Below, one piece after another: positions 13,951 to 26,827 of a DNA stretch of 64,000 bases. This stretch comes from Octopus vulgaris (Eukaryota). Position 1 is the first letter of the stretch. Each line of letters begins with the position of its first letter. The stretch lies in assembly GCA_951406725.2 (NCBI GenBank), contig OX597817.1, forward strand, positions 84,444,001 through 84,508,000, read 5' to 3'. The notes beneath the pieces are model-generated. The model was not told the origin of the DNA, ran no database searches, and saw only the letters and a list, made by a program, of their open reading frames with translations. The position numbers were made by a program, and so were the translations under genes.

Positions 13951-15194
13951 ACTATAGAATTATTTTTCTTCTGAATGCGAAATAAGTATATACAAGAGGG
14001 AGAAGATGTGGTATGCCAGGAACTGCTTTTCTGTACTTAATATTGTTGTAAATTTTGTATGCTATAATATCTAGAATTTATAACTCTTAAATATTCTGTT
14101 CATTTAATTGTTTGAGTGGCACAGTATCCCTGCTACCTGATTGGTATTTTTTTTACAGAAACATAAAATATTACAGAAACATATTTTTACAGAAACATAA
14201 AAGTTAACTGGCAAGAGTAAATACTGTATATTTGTATTAAATATCAATCACACAACCAAATCAAGAAGCCTAAAGCTCTCAGATGAAAGGGGTAACCGAC
14301 GAGAAAAATGTTTATTGATGGTTTTCCTGCATGGAAGTCAAAGGGAATTGTTCAGTTAGGCAATAGGTGAAACAGTGTTAAGCATGAAAATAAGTCACTT
14401 CAGTTTCAGAAACTCCAGACAAGAAGCGGTCGATGAGATGGCCAGATGAATTGAAATAGTAGGCTATGAGTTTGCTCTTGGCGTGGTGATGAATACTTCA
14501 GGGATGCGTGGAAACAGTCACATAAAAAGGTGTCCAGTTCTACCTATGTGAAATTCATGAGAAAATATGCATGTGATGCAATGAGCCTGGCAAAAGTGCG
14601 GTTCTGAATAATTTAGTACTAAAATTGCGGGCCGGATTTAGTTGTAGTATTTGAAATTGAGAGATAACGATAGCACCTATGATGTGAGCATTTGAAGATA
14701 CCTAGCTGGGTGTGACAGGGAACGTGAGGGCTTTTATCGGAGATTTTAAATTCTGAGTGGGTGGGGGAGAAATGAAAATACAGGAAATAATGAGGAATTT
14801 ACGGAAGTTCCTAAAAAGTACTTGGCGAGACAATTGTAAAGTGGAAAATCCATTTGTAAAACAAATCCCAATCGCTGCAAAATATCATGATTCTGCCACG
14901 ATTCGGTCCAAACAACGCTACCATCTTCTTGGGTCAACAGCTATCAGCTTCTTTCTGTCTTGGTTGTATTCAAACCAGCAGCCTTTCTCCTTAACATAAC
15001 ACGTAATACTCTCAATGAACTGGAATGAACATTGCTTTAAATTAATCTAATTTAAATTAATCTAAATTATTTAAGTATCTATCTTAATGACTAAATTATT
15101 GAATTAATAATTTTTATTTCTAATGAAAGAGTTGTTGAGCGTAATTAAATTGTGGACAGTTGGTGAAATTAAATCGTCTTTACTTTATATTCTA

Positions 15195-16928
15195 CTAGCA
15201 TTATGACCCGGCGTTGCCGGGTCATAGTGCTAGTGCATGTATATATGTGTATATATGTGTACATATTACATGTACATCTATATATATACATCTACACATA
15301 AAATACAAAATACAAAGTTATATCTTGATATCGCTAGTGATGACAATACTCAAAATATATAACAGACTGGAACTGTAGGCCTGTCTCTTGCAATTTCGAT
15401 CAATTGTATCTTGTCCTCCCTCTTGTATAGAAGTGTAGCTACAATCCAGCCTACCTCTACTTCTGGGGGGACATTTTTAATTTTTATCCGGGACGTCCTA
15501 CGTCCCAGATATAAAGGTAAAAAATAAAATAGTTCCACTTTGCAAGGTTCGAGTCGAGTACTCCCTTGCTTCTGTTGTGGCGAATTTACCGCCTCTGGTT
15601 AGATACTTGATATCTTTCATAGCCGCACCAAGACACTTTTCAATGGTGCTTTCCTCCAGGTGTTCAAATCTTTTTTTTATTTACAATGTATACTTTATAG
15701 ACAATAGACTTTTCTTTAATTTAATTTTTTATTTCGTTTGGTGGTGTTATCCTAGATTCACCGTCTTTGTCAGTGATCAATCCGAAATAGGTTCGTATTT
15801 CTTCCATTTTAATTTTAATGAGTTCGCGCCCGCCGACGGCTGCAGCGAAATTCATTTTTGGACTTCTATCGAAGACATTTTAACAAAAATGCTTCCGTAT
15901 AGACGGTGAAAATATTGTCAATTTCCCCAAACAGGGACACAATTCAATTTTTAAACAATAAGCAAAGCTCCTTCTCCCAAAGGGGGAGGGTTACGGTTTA
16001 CAATTATTTAACAAATGCAAAACAACAACGCTTCCCTTACGAGGTACCAACAAACGTGATAACAATAGTTAAACAGTAATAATAATAACAACAAACCTTA
16101 CGGTGAATCAAAAAGCAGTACTCCGTTGAAGCTATAGTCCTTTATGGATCAGAAATAAACCAACAGCAGTACTCAGTAGAAGCGTCTGTTCGAGAAAACA
16201 GACATTACATACAGCCAAACTTCATATAGATACTTAATGCTAGCTAATTAGCAGATAATCTAATGTAAAAGCCGTGGTAAAGGGTATGTGCACAGCTACA
16301 TCTGGACTATTCCACTTCTGCACTTAAATTTTTTTTTACATTTATGTGAAACCACTTATTCAACTTCAAGTTATTGATGCAATTTTATACCAATTGCTAT
16401 TTTTACTTTTAATTGTTATGTTACGATTTAATTATTATATTATACTTTAGTTTGATTTTAATTATTACTTACTACATATAATTCAATTGTTATTATGATC
16501 TCTAATTTTTATTGTTAAAGTGAAAGTATCTGACATAAAATAGAGAGATGTTTTTGTTTCCCTTTTAACACATAATACTGAAATAGTGGAGAAGATATGA
16601 TATTGCTATGGGCTCGCCCTAGGCAAGAATTTGAATATTTCTTTTGCCCATGAAACTACATGGACCCTAAGTAAGGCATGTGTAAAATTTGAGTGAAATT
16701 GGTTACGTAGTTCTCAAGTTTTAGGGAATCATAGTGGAGAGGATATGATATTGCTGTGGGCTCGCCCTAGGCAAAAGGTTAAAAAATTTTGCCGATGACA
16801 CTCCCCGGACCCTAAGTAAGGCATGTGTAAAATTTGAATGAAATTGGTTGTGCAGTTCTCAAGTTTTAGGGAAACACACAGACAGACAGACAGACAGACA
16901 CACATTCTCAGTTTTATATATAGAGAGA
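15195..16928 (-). mobile_element. Non-autonomous Helitron
   Basis: Minus strand A|TC start at 16928 followed by (CTGT)n. 3' end is a 19 bp-arm hairpin (15194-15234) ending CTAG|T. Internal ~147 bp tandem duplication at ~16583-16872. Confidence 0.8.
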
Positions 16929-16945
16929 TATATGATGTTCTAAAG

Positions 16946-17471
16946 CAGTGGTTCTCAACAATTTTTTGCCTATGGAATGGAGATGCGTGGCTTAGTGGTT
17001 AGGGTATTGGACTCATGATCGTAAGATTGTGATTTCGAATCCTGGGACCGAGCGACACATTGTGCTCTGGAGCAAAACATTTTATTTCGCGTTGCTCCAG
17101 GTCACTCAGCTGGCAAAAATGAGTAATCCTGCGACGGACCGGCGTCCCGTCCACGTGGGGTATTTATACGCCATGGAAACCGGGAAACCGGCCCCCATGA
17201 GACTGGCATGACTCAAGAAGGTAACTTTACCTATTTTCTTTTTTTACCTATGGACTCCTTTGATCTTTTATTTTATTCAGGTAGATCTTCATAGCCATTC
17301 GATATATATAAAAAAAAACCTGCTGCATTTTATAATTGAATATTATTAGGAATTGCACAAAAAACATTTTACGTATTGTAGAAGTATAAGCAATTTATTA
17401 TACATAACCGTTAACAACAAAATCTTACATGGACCCCTAAGGACCACATGGGTTCCGGTTGAAAACCGCTG
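16946..17471. mobile_element. hAT (Charlie-like) MITE containing a SINE insertion
   Basis: TIRs cagtggttctcaac / gttgaaaaccgctg. 8 bp TSD-like ttctaaag / cactaaag. Confidence 0.75.
16977..17239 (+). mobile_element. tRNA-derived SINE with 15 bp TSD
   Basis: A box tggcttagtgg and B box gatttcgaatcc. TSD ttttttgcctatgga (16962-16976) / ttttttacctatgga (17240-17254). Confidence 0.8.
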
Positions 17472-17614
17472 CACTAAAGGATCATTTTACCTTATAATAT
17501 ATGTTAGCCTCTTATGTATATAATCCACTTATATTTACTGCAATATTATAACATGTAGGAGTTTAACGACTTATTGAGTTCTTAATCACTGTGGATATAC
17601 TTTCCCTGTTTATA

Positions 17615-18905
17615 TTGGGTTGGCAACTAAGTTCCCGCCTTTTTTTTAATTTTTGAATTTATTGCGTTTTTTAATTTTTGGAATCTATTTTTTTCGAGAA
17701 TTCTATTTTTGAATCATTTTGGAATCTATTTTGTTTTGCTTTTTTTCTAGCTAATTTTAATTAATTCTTGTTTAATTTCAGATCATTAAAATGGAATGTC
17801 AAATTAAGAAAAACGAGAACTTTCGACACCTCCTTCTTTTTGCTGTTAATCAAGGTTCTAAGGCCGCAAAAGCTACTCGCGCCATTTGTGCTGTGTATGG
17901 AGAGGGTGCCATAGCTGAAAAACCGCTCGTGATTGGTATGCCAAGTTCAAAAATGGAAATTTTGACCTCAAACACGCACCTCGTTCTGGCCGTCCAGTTG
18001 AGTTTGATGAAGAGCGATTAAACCAACTCTCGCACGAAAATTATCGTCAAACGACAAGGGAACTGGCAAAGAAAATGGAATGCTCCCATACTGCTATAGA
18101 GAAGTATCTTCACTCGATGGGAAAGTTTCAGAAGTATGGAGCATGGGTTCCGCATGCTTTAAGTGACAACAAAAATCAACCAGCCACAATCTCCGCTGAT
18201 TTTCTTGCTCGTCGCCGCTAAACTCATGGACACAAGCAATGATTTCTTTACCGAATCGTTACTAGCGACGAAAAATGGTGCCTATACATCAAAATTTAAC
18301 AGCGTAAGGAATTGCTTAGCCCCGGTAAACAAGCGACACCGTGTGTGAAACAAGATCTTCATCCGCGTAAAACGATGTTGTGCGAATGCTGAGACTGGGA
18401 AGGGATTATCCATTACGAATTGTTTGAACGGAACCAAACGGTCAACGCGGAACTCTACGTTTAACAGATGGAACGATTCAACACGGCTATTCAAGAGAAA
18501 AGACCTAATCGGCAGCATGGAATTCTGCTGCACGACAACGCCTGCCTTCATATCACCAATATGACCAAGGAAGTCATTCGAACGCATAGCTGGGAAGTGC
18601 TGCCACACCCGCCGTACTCTCTTGATTTGGCACCAATGGGTTTCCACATCTTTCGATTTCTTTCAAGTGTTATGCACGGAGTTTCGTTCAATACTGATGC
18701 AGAATTGAGAGGTTAGTTGGATCAATTTTTCGAGTCGAAATCGGACGATTTCTACCAACGAGGTATTGAAAATCTTGTTGAACGTTGGGAAGAAGTTGTA
18801 AACAACAAGTGTGAATACATTATTGATTAATTAGTTGTTATTTTATATTAAACCGTTTAAAAAATTTAAATTTATAAAATGGCGAGAACTTAGTTGCCAA
18901 CCCAA
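17615..18905 (+). mobile_element. Full-length defective mariner (mellifera-like subfamily), 1291 bp
   Basis: TIRs ttgggttggcaactaagttcccgcc / ggcgagaacttagttgccaacccaa, with TA on both sides. Transposase fragments ~17790-18830 include WVPHAL, SDEKW, HDNA and HPPYSLDLAP, with frameshifts and stops. Confidence 0.95.
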
Positions 18906-18973
18906 TATATCACTTCCCTGGATGTACATGTGTGCGTGTCTGCGTACGTGTGTATGTGTTGTGTGTGTGTGTG

Positions 18974-19016
<43 letters not shown>

Positions 19017-19113
19017 CGGTGGCAGAGGAAGGTATGAGCCCTCCCAAGTCGCATAGAGTGCTGGAGGAGGTTCACATGCACAGGACCTGCCCAAGGGCAG
19101 ACTACCACTAAAC

Positions 19114-19198
<85 letters not shown>

Positions 19199-19202
19199 CG
19201 AC

Positions 19203-19350
19203 AGGCTTCTTTTAGTTTCCGTCTCATTCACAAGGATTTGGTCGGCCCAGGGCTATAATAGAAGACATTTGCCAAAGATGCTGCGCAGTGAAAGTGAAAC
19301 CATAACCAAATGGTTGGAAAGTAAGTTTTTTAACCACAGATCCATGTCTG
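19203..19350 (-). mobile_element. SINE family B 5' half (diverged)
   Basis: Similar to 9062-9229. Confidence 0.7.
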
Positions 19351-19929
19351 TGTCTATGAGTTTTACGCTAAGGAGAAATGTCTAAACAGTACTGAACCAT
19401 TTATTCAATATTACAGTCTGTTGATAATTTCATTCTTCAAAACCAATAAGATCCCTACTTCTAAAGTATGCCTGTATGCGCGCGCGTATGTCTTTGTGTG
19501 CACTTACAACTTCAGTTCGATAGGAAATCGTAGCAAATTAGGTGTAGCACACCATCAAGTTTCTGAATTAATTTATTCTACCGAACTAATTATTTCTAGC
19601 TGTTGCTCAGAAATAATTATGGGATGGTGTCTGACGTAATTATATCTGTTCACTAATTGTCAATAAAAATGGAAGAATGACGTTAATAGAAACCATGTAA
19701 TCAAAGTGAACAACCATTGTTGTTTTATTACGACAACGTAACAAAAGCCATTAACTTTGTTTACATCGTTTCTGCCGACAAGATCTTTCCCTTCACACCA
19801 ATTATAATGATGCTTGATGCTCATCAACGTAGCTTTGAATATTTCACTGCACTGTGCCGACAAAAGATTTTATCTGCAATATTAAATATTCACTGACTAA
19901 AAGACTGAGAAACAGAGGAAGATAGATAA

Positions 19930-20009
<80 letters not shown>

Positions 20010-20029
20010 TGAGAGAGAGAGAGAATGAA

Positions 20030-20077
<48 letters not shown>

Positions 20078-20279
20078 TGACAGAGAATGCTAGTTGCAAG
20101 CGTACGAAAGTTCGTTGAGACTTCAGTAGGTTGATGTAAAGATCGTTTGCGAATCCTCACTTTTATGATTAACATGTCACCTCGCGGGGTTATAACGCCA
20201 AATGTGCTTTTACAGAAAGTGTAGAAGTAATGTATTTACACACACACACATGCACGCTCACACAAACACGCACACACAT

Positions 20280-20526
20280 ACATATACATACATACATACA
20301 TACATACATACATACATACATACATACATACATGCATGCATGCATGCATACATACATACATACATACATACATACATACCTACATACATACATACATACC
20401 TACATACATACATGCATGCATACATACATACATACATGCATGCATGCATACATACATACATACATACATACATACATACATACATACATACATACATACA
20501 TACATACATACATACATACATACATA
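20280..20526. repeat. (TACA)n microsatellite; one of many large (TA)n, (CA)n, (GA)n, (GATA)n, (TACA)n and (TAA)n tracts across the window
   Basis: Direct reading. Other large tracts at 3140-3236, 8385-8496, 19115-19197, 19920-20080, 29965-30416, 36600-36875, 41115-41262, 46212-46395, 47592-47820, 50054-50130 and 52785-52895. Confidence 0.97.
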
Positions 20527-21415
20527 GAAGTCGCACGACTCTACCGCAACACATCAGATGAAAGGATGAGCTTATATGAGCAGAAGACTATATGTTAGTA
20601 GAAAGCTCCGTGATGAAAGTAATATCGATCATCAAAGCAGTTTATCATGGACCAATAGCCGGATTACTACCTCCCACTTTGAAGAGTATGTGTTTGCAAT
20701 CCAGGAACAGGAAATATCAACCAAGTATCTGATGCACAAATGGGATAGAGATGTTGGAAAAGCTGTAAAATGTGACAACCGATGCAGACTATGTGGAGTT
20801 CACACTGAAGATATCATCCACATCGTAAGCAGTTGTCCGAAAATGTCATCATGGTATTATCTACCGATGACGTTGTAGTTAGGACACTTTATAATGATAT
20901 CCGTCAGAAGGATAATCCCGTGGACAAATAAATCAGAACCCGCAATATGGTAGAAGCCATAGCCACTCATAATAAAAAGGAATACTGTTGGAATATACCA
21001 GTGAAGACCACAATAAAATGTAAGCACAACAGACCTGATATAACGATTTGGGATAGAGAAGAGAAACTATGCACAGTTGTAGAAATTAGCTGAAGATCAG
21101 TGATAAAGAGAACACCTATGCTGAACTATTAAGAAATCTGCAGTTACTCTATACAGATTACAAGTTCAGGTTTATTATAGCTGTAATTATTGGATCCTGG
21201 GATATGAAACGTACTGCCTAAATCTTGAGAAATTAGACTTTTCAAAACCAAGAAGGAGAAAGCTAATTCGAAGACTACAGATCCAATCCATCACTGAAAC
21301 TATAAAAATCTGTAAAACTTTCCAGAAGTTTATCATTTAAATGTATATGAGTATGTCTAGATATGCAACTATATGCATGAGAATACATACATAAAACATA
21401 CAGATCTGCACATAC
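20527..21415 (+). mobile_element. 5'-truncated R4/Dong-like non-LTR retrotransposon 3' end, embedded in (TACA)n
   Basis: FAIQEQEI, CCHC knuckle CRLCGVHTEDIIHIVSSC and RLE motif KHNRPDI...VEIS. The 3' UTR runs into (TACA)n. Confidence 0.8.
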
Positions 21416-21463
21416 ATACATACATACATACATACATACATACATACATACATACATACATAC

Positions 21464-21805
21464 TGATGAGATATGACGTTGTAGCGGATGTTAACATAAA
21501 GCTGAAGATCAGTGAAAAAGAGAACACCTATGCTGAACTACAGTTACTCTATCCAGTTTACAAGTTCAGTTTTATACCTGTAATTATAGGGGCAATGGGA
21601 TATGAAACACACTGCCTAAATACCAAACTTGAGAAATTAGGCTCCTCAAAACCAGAAAGGAGAAAACTAATTTGAAGACTGCAGATCCAATCCATCACTC
21701 GAACTGTAAAACTTTCCAGAAGTTTATCTTTTAAATATATATGAGCATGTCTAGATACGTAACTCTATGCATGAGAATACATACATAAAACATACAAATC
21801 TACAC
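21464..21805 (+). mobile_element. Second, shorter 3'-end copy of the same (TACA)n-associated element
   Basis: ~21500-21800 aligns to ~21090-21410. MRYDVV...IPVIIGAMG. Followed by (TACA)n. Confidence 0.8.
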
Positions 21806-21944
21806 ATACATACATACATACATACATACATACATACATACATACATACATACATACACACATACACACATACATACATACATACATACATACATACATA
21901 CATACATACATACATACATACATACATACATACAAAAATACTTT

Positions 21945-22490
21945 GTTCTCAGATTTTTGCCAACGAGTTACAAGTTTGTTTACTCTGGTAACATAAAAAT
22001 CAGGAGTTCTGGAGCTAATGAACTCTTTGAACGCACTTTCAACATCGGTTTGATTTTTTAACTCCTCTCGCAGGAAACCATCAAGGTGCTTGAAAAAGTG
22101 ATAGTCGATAGGAGAAAGGTCTGGGAAATAAGTTGGGTGGGGAAGAACTTTGTAGCCAAGTTCCCCCAACTTCAAGAGCATCATTAGGGAAACGTGTGGT
22201 TGAGCATTGTCATGAAGAATGATTGGCCCTCTTCTGTTGACCAGTCTGGGACGGAGTAGCAGTTTTTCGTCCATTTTGGCAATTTCATGGCAATATGTTT
22301 CTGCGGTTTTTCCGGGTTTTAAGAAGTTATGGTGGATGAGTCCAGCAATACACAACCAAACAGTCACCATAACCTTCTTTTTGAAGATCTCGGCTTTAGG
22401 AAATGTTTTCGGTGCTTCATTTTGGTCCAACCACTGCGAAGAACGTTTTTTATTATTGTACAGAATCTATATTTCATCGCAAGTTACATT
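21945..22490 (-). pseudogene. Mariner transposase fragment (cecropia/Hsmar1-like)
   Basis: KKVMVTVW...HDNAQPHVS...HPTYFPDLSPIDYHFFKHLDGFL...KLVTRWQK. No TIRs seen. Confidence 0.9.
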
Positions 22491-22491
22491 A

Positions 22492-22662
22492 CAGTCGATT
22501 ACATTGACCCCACTGTTCAACTGGTACTTATTTTATCTATATATCCGATGGGATGAAAGGCAAAGCCGACCTCGGCAGAATTTGAATTCAAAACGTAGCG
22601 ACGGGTGAAATACCGCTAAGCATTTCATGCAGTGTACTAACGATTCTGCCAACTCGCTGCCT
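22492..22662 (-). mobile_element. SINE family A
   Basis: Similar to 5914-6080. Confidence 0.8.
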
Positions 22663-22687
22663 TAAGAATGATAATAATAATAATAAC

Positions 22688-22721
<34 letters not shown>

Positions 22722-23519
22722 CATATATACACATATACATATATACATACGCACACATACATGCATACATGTGCGTGTACGTATATATATACATGTATAC
22801 ATGTGTGTGTACGTATGTACATACATGCATACATACACACACACACGCGCGCGCGCGCGTATACCTATATATGCGTACGAATGTTACGTACATACATGCA
22901 TTGATACATACGTTCACATACACACAAAGATGCGGACTGACACATGTACATGCATACATACATGCATACATACGAACAAACATACACACATACATACATA
23001 TGGCCGTACATATATATACATAATATAAATAATATATAAATATATGCATATATACATACATATATGTACATACCTATATATATGTGTATATATACATGCA
23101 TATACAGGACATATATGTATATACATATGCATATACCGGACATAAAAAACGTTGAACACAATGAGAAACGAAAACATAAAAACAAAAACAGAAACGAACT
23201 TTTTTTCAAACAACGAAAAACACAGAGTGCAAGACATACAACACAAGGAATATTCCCCTTCTTCAGTTGTCCCTGTTTCGTCTACTCCTCGTTCGAAGGT
23301 AAGGACAAGACGCGACTTCGTTGAAACAGTCCTTCCCGCAAAGCAAATTAAATAAAATTTGGGATTTTTTGCAGAGGGTTTTCGTTATCTACATTCCAAA
23401 GATGGAGCATTGTGTCGTTGTTAGAAACCAGCTCCTTCAGAGGAAAAAACTATATTGTATTGGTTTAGCGCTTGGAAAGGAAGGGAAAGAAATCAATCAC
23501 ACAGTAATGTAAAAGCTTA

Positions 23520-23804
23520 CCACGATAAGATTTTGACAAACAGGTGGATTGAATGAACCCTCTGAATTCACTGAACCTCCACTGCTTGACTTTTCGTTTG
23601 TATGCTTAAATGATAAAGTCTACGGTACCAAAACCAGTCATTTAATTGAAGGCAACCACTGAACGCGTCTGTGCACGATGACCGAACGAAAGACTTCTTG
23701 ATGTCTGTGATTCCATCGCTTCGTGTTATTAGCAGTGCATAAACCAGAAAGATCGTCAGTTTATAGTCATTCAACGTGTGTATACATTTTTTTGGATCAA
23801 TCTG
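23520..23804 (+). mobile_element. 3' end of a degraded Tc1/rosa-like element
   Basis: RWI.. and LDFSFVCLNDKVYG (cf. LDFFLWGYLKDKVY). TIR-like end tatacattttttttggatcaatctg|ta. Confidence 0.55.
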
Positions 23805-24794
23805 TATATCTTGAGAGAGAGAGAGAGAGAGAGAGAGACCAACAGACAGACAGATAATAATGTGTGTATTATTGTCAATTAACAGCAACTGTTTCATTCA
23901 TCCTTGACTCCAATAACATAATAAAGTCCCAGTTAAGTAACAAAGTAAAGGGTAAAAATAGAGTAAAATCACTCCAATAAAATTTTACTACTGAAGTGAA
24001 ACAAGCTGTTTGCAACAGAACACAGCTCAAGGGCCAACTAAAGTAACTATACAATTAACTAATTCACTATAGACTCCATATATTGTTTGCTTAATGCATT
24101 CTGTTATTGGCTCTGATTTGTTTAAAATTCATCTTTTATACATTGCCTTTAAAATATAATTGTTTTGGCGACATTCAAGCTGCTGCTTTTCAAAAACGAA
24201 TCTATTCAATTTTAGATATAAATTATTTGTTGATTATTCACTCTTAAAATTTGTACCAGAACCATTAGATATAACTACAGCCGTATTGATAATATAATAT
24301 ATTCTGCTAGACTTGTTAAATCTCTATTTTTTGATAGACGTTTTATTTACTCTGCTTTTATATTTTAAAATACGTTTTTGTAAAGCTATTTATTAATTTA
24401 TTATTCATTTCGTAGGCGCAGTAAGGCCAAATGGCTAAAAATTTCGCTTCACAACCACGAGAGCATTCAAAGAATGTAGAAATTAAAGTGCCGTTTTAAC
24501 TATACTTCGTTCTTATAGAATTACAGAAAACTATACTTGTATATATTCGTATAAAGTCCTTTCGGTAGTCACCCTTATCGGAAATAACGACTACTGATAA
24601 CATCACCAGTTAATATTTAAAATCTATCTAAATTAAATCAGAAGGAAATAATTGAACAGCATCTTATGTAGAATGTGTTGTTAGGAATATGAGGCATGAA
24701 GTTACAAAGCATAATCAACTTCGTCTTCTTATTTCTTCACTCCTTCATTTTTCACGAGATTCCGTGTTCGATCCTACCGCCTAACATTATAGAG

Positions 24795-25113
24795 AAATGC
24801 TTAGCGGTATTTTGTCTGCCGTTACGTTCTGAGTTCAAATTCCGCCGAGTTCGACTTTGCCTTTCATCCTTTCGGGGTCGATTAAATAAGTACCAGTTAC
24901 GCACTGGGGTCGATATAATCGACTTAATCCGTTTGTCTGTCTTTGTTCGTCCCCTCTGTGTTTAGCCCCTTGTGGGTAGTAAAGAAATAGGTATTTCGTT
25001 TGCCGCTACGTTCTGAGTTCAAATTCCGCCGGGGTCAACTTTACCTTTCATCGATATAATCCACTTACCTCTGCCCCTGAAATTGCTGGCTTCGTGCCAA
25101 AATTTGAAACCAA
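24795..25113 (+). mobile_element. Two adjacent SINE family A partial copies
   Basis: ggtatttt/cgtctgccgttacgttctgagttcaaattccgcc occurs twice (~24807 and ~24990), with different 3' tails. Confidence 0.8.
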
Positions 25114-25862
25114 TATTTCCATTCTCTAAGTTTTTAGTTATTGATATTTCGATTCGTTAACGCTTTCGTTGTTCGTAGTGATAATTATAGATGAAAAAGT
25201 CATTAAAAACAGAAAGGCAATCCACACAGACAAATGCTTCTGTAGGCATCGATTTGATTTTTAACGGCATCAGAACTTTTATGTTTGGGGGTTTATTTCC
25301 ATCAAGAAATAACAGGAAATATTCTGTAAAGAAAAATGTCTCTAAGTCAAAATTAAATGTTTCTTTTTGTGTAACTAGGAGTAACATGAGCTAACGAGGC
25401 AGACTGAGCGTCCAAGTGATTTCTCAACCAGTAAGAATTATCTTTAAGCTTTTATTTGTTTCAAGTATTAGACACTGGCCCTACTGGAGCACCGCTTTGA
25501 AGGTCTTAGTCGAATAAATTAACGCCGATGCTTATGCTTGTTTTTTAAGTCTTGTACTTATTCTATCGGCTTTTTTGCCAAACTGCTATATTAACACCAA
25601 AACACACGCACACACTATCTCACAAATTCCAAATCCCATTTTTTAAATGATGCATTGGATAATGTACCCTATGATACACTACGCTTGAATCAAAGGGACA
25701 ATTCACTGCAGTTGAAAACAAATAATTTAAAGAATACAATTAAAAGGAACAGCAATCCGATGCAAATAGTACACGTGATTTCCAAGGAAACCTCTTAGCC
25801 TATCCAAAGGGATTTTCAATGAAACATAATGTCATTATCCGCAGCTTTATAATATTTTTCAT

Positions 25863-26018
25863 GCAGGGGAGGTTGTGTGGCAAGAGGTTTTCTCCCCAAC
25901 CTCATAGCGCCAGGTTCAGTCCCACTGCATAGCACCTTGGACAAGTATTTTTTACTATAACCTCGGACAAACCGAAGCCTTGTGAGTGGATTTGGTACAT
26001 GTAACTGAAAGAAGCCCA

Positions 26019-26022
<4 letters not shown>
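25863..26022 (+). mobile_element. SINE family B 5' half; probable partner 3' half at 28330-28505
   Basis: ggttcagtcccactgcatagcaccttggacaagt...gccttgtgagtggatttggta, followed by (TA)n. Confidence 0.75.
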
Positions 26023-26092
<70 letters not shown>

Positions 26093-26827
26093 ATATATAT
26101 AACAGATGTCCTCGTGTCATCGTTAATTTTATTGTTCATTTATTTGAATTGACTACATAGACACACACACACACACACACAGGCATACCTGGGCTTAAGT
26201 CGTTTCAATTTAAGTTGTTCTCGATTATACGTCGGTTTTCCCCAAAAATAAATGGAAAAATAAAGATCATGTTAAGTCATTTTACTCTACTTTACGTCTG
26301 TCCGCCACAGATATTGAAATCGTAAATCACTGGAAAACCGTCGAAAGCACATGAAATCATGTTACTGTACAATAAATAAAGCATAGGAAATCATATCAAA
26401 ATACGTACAATAAATGTTAAGATACACACCATAAAGTAGTGTAGCTTAGTGAACGAAATCATGAAATCAGCTGTGTTGTCTTATTTATCGGTCTTTCCGA
26501 GCTCATATTGTACTGTACCTTTTGCATAATGGTTTAATAATATCTACCGTTAGGCGTCGTTGTCACTCGTGATTCCCGCGATTGTTTTGAATTCAGATTT
26601 GTTTGCATCTGTTTATCGGCTACTTTCTCATTCTCATTCATTTGTGACTTTACTTTCTGCCCCCATAACTCGTTAGAAAATTCATAGTGAAAGTGCTAAG
26701 CGTGATGCTACAACGCAAGAAAATAAACTGGCTATTATGAAGCGCCCTGAAAAGAGTGAAAAAGTGGTAGCAGTTGCACGATCTTTAGGGATGAATCGGA
26801 CAACTGTACCGACGATTGTACATAATA

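Noticed and set aside
14270-14900. Possible LINE endonuclease relic (GDF..VG-like at ~14738)
   Set aside because: A single weak motif only.
16977-17050. tRNA-like sequence (also heads of SINE A and B)
   Set aside because: A and B boxes are present but there is no full cloverleaf, and they continue into SINE bodies.
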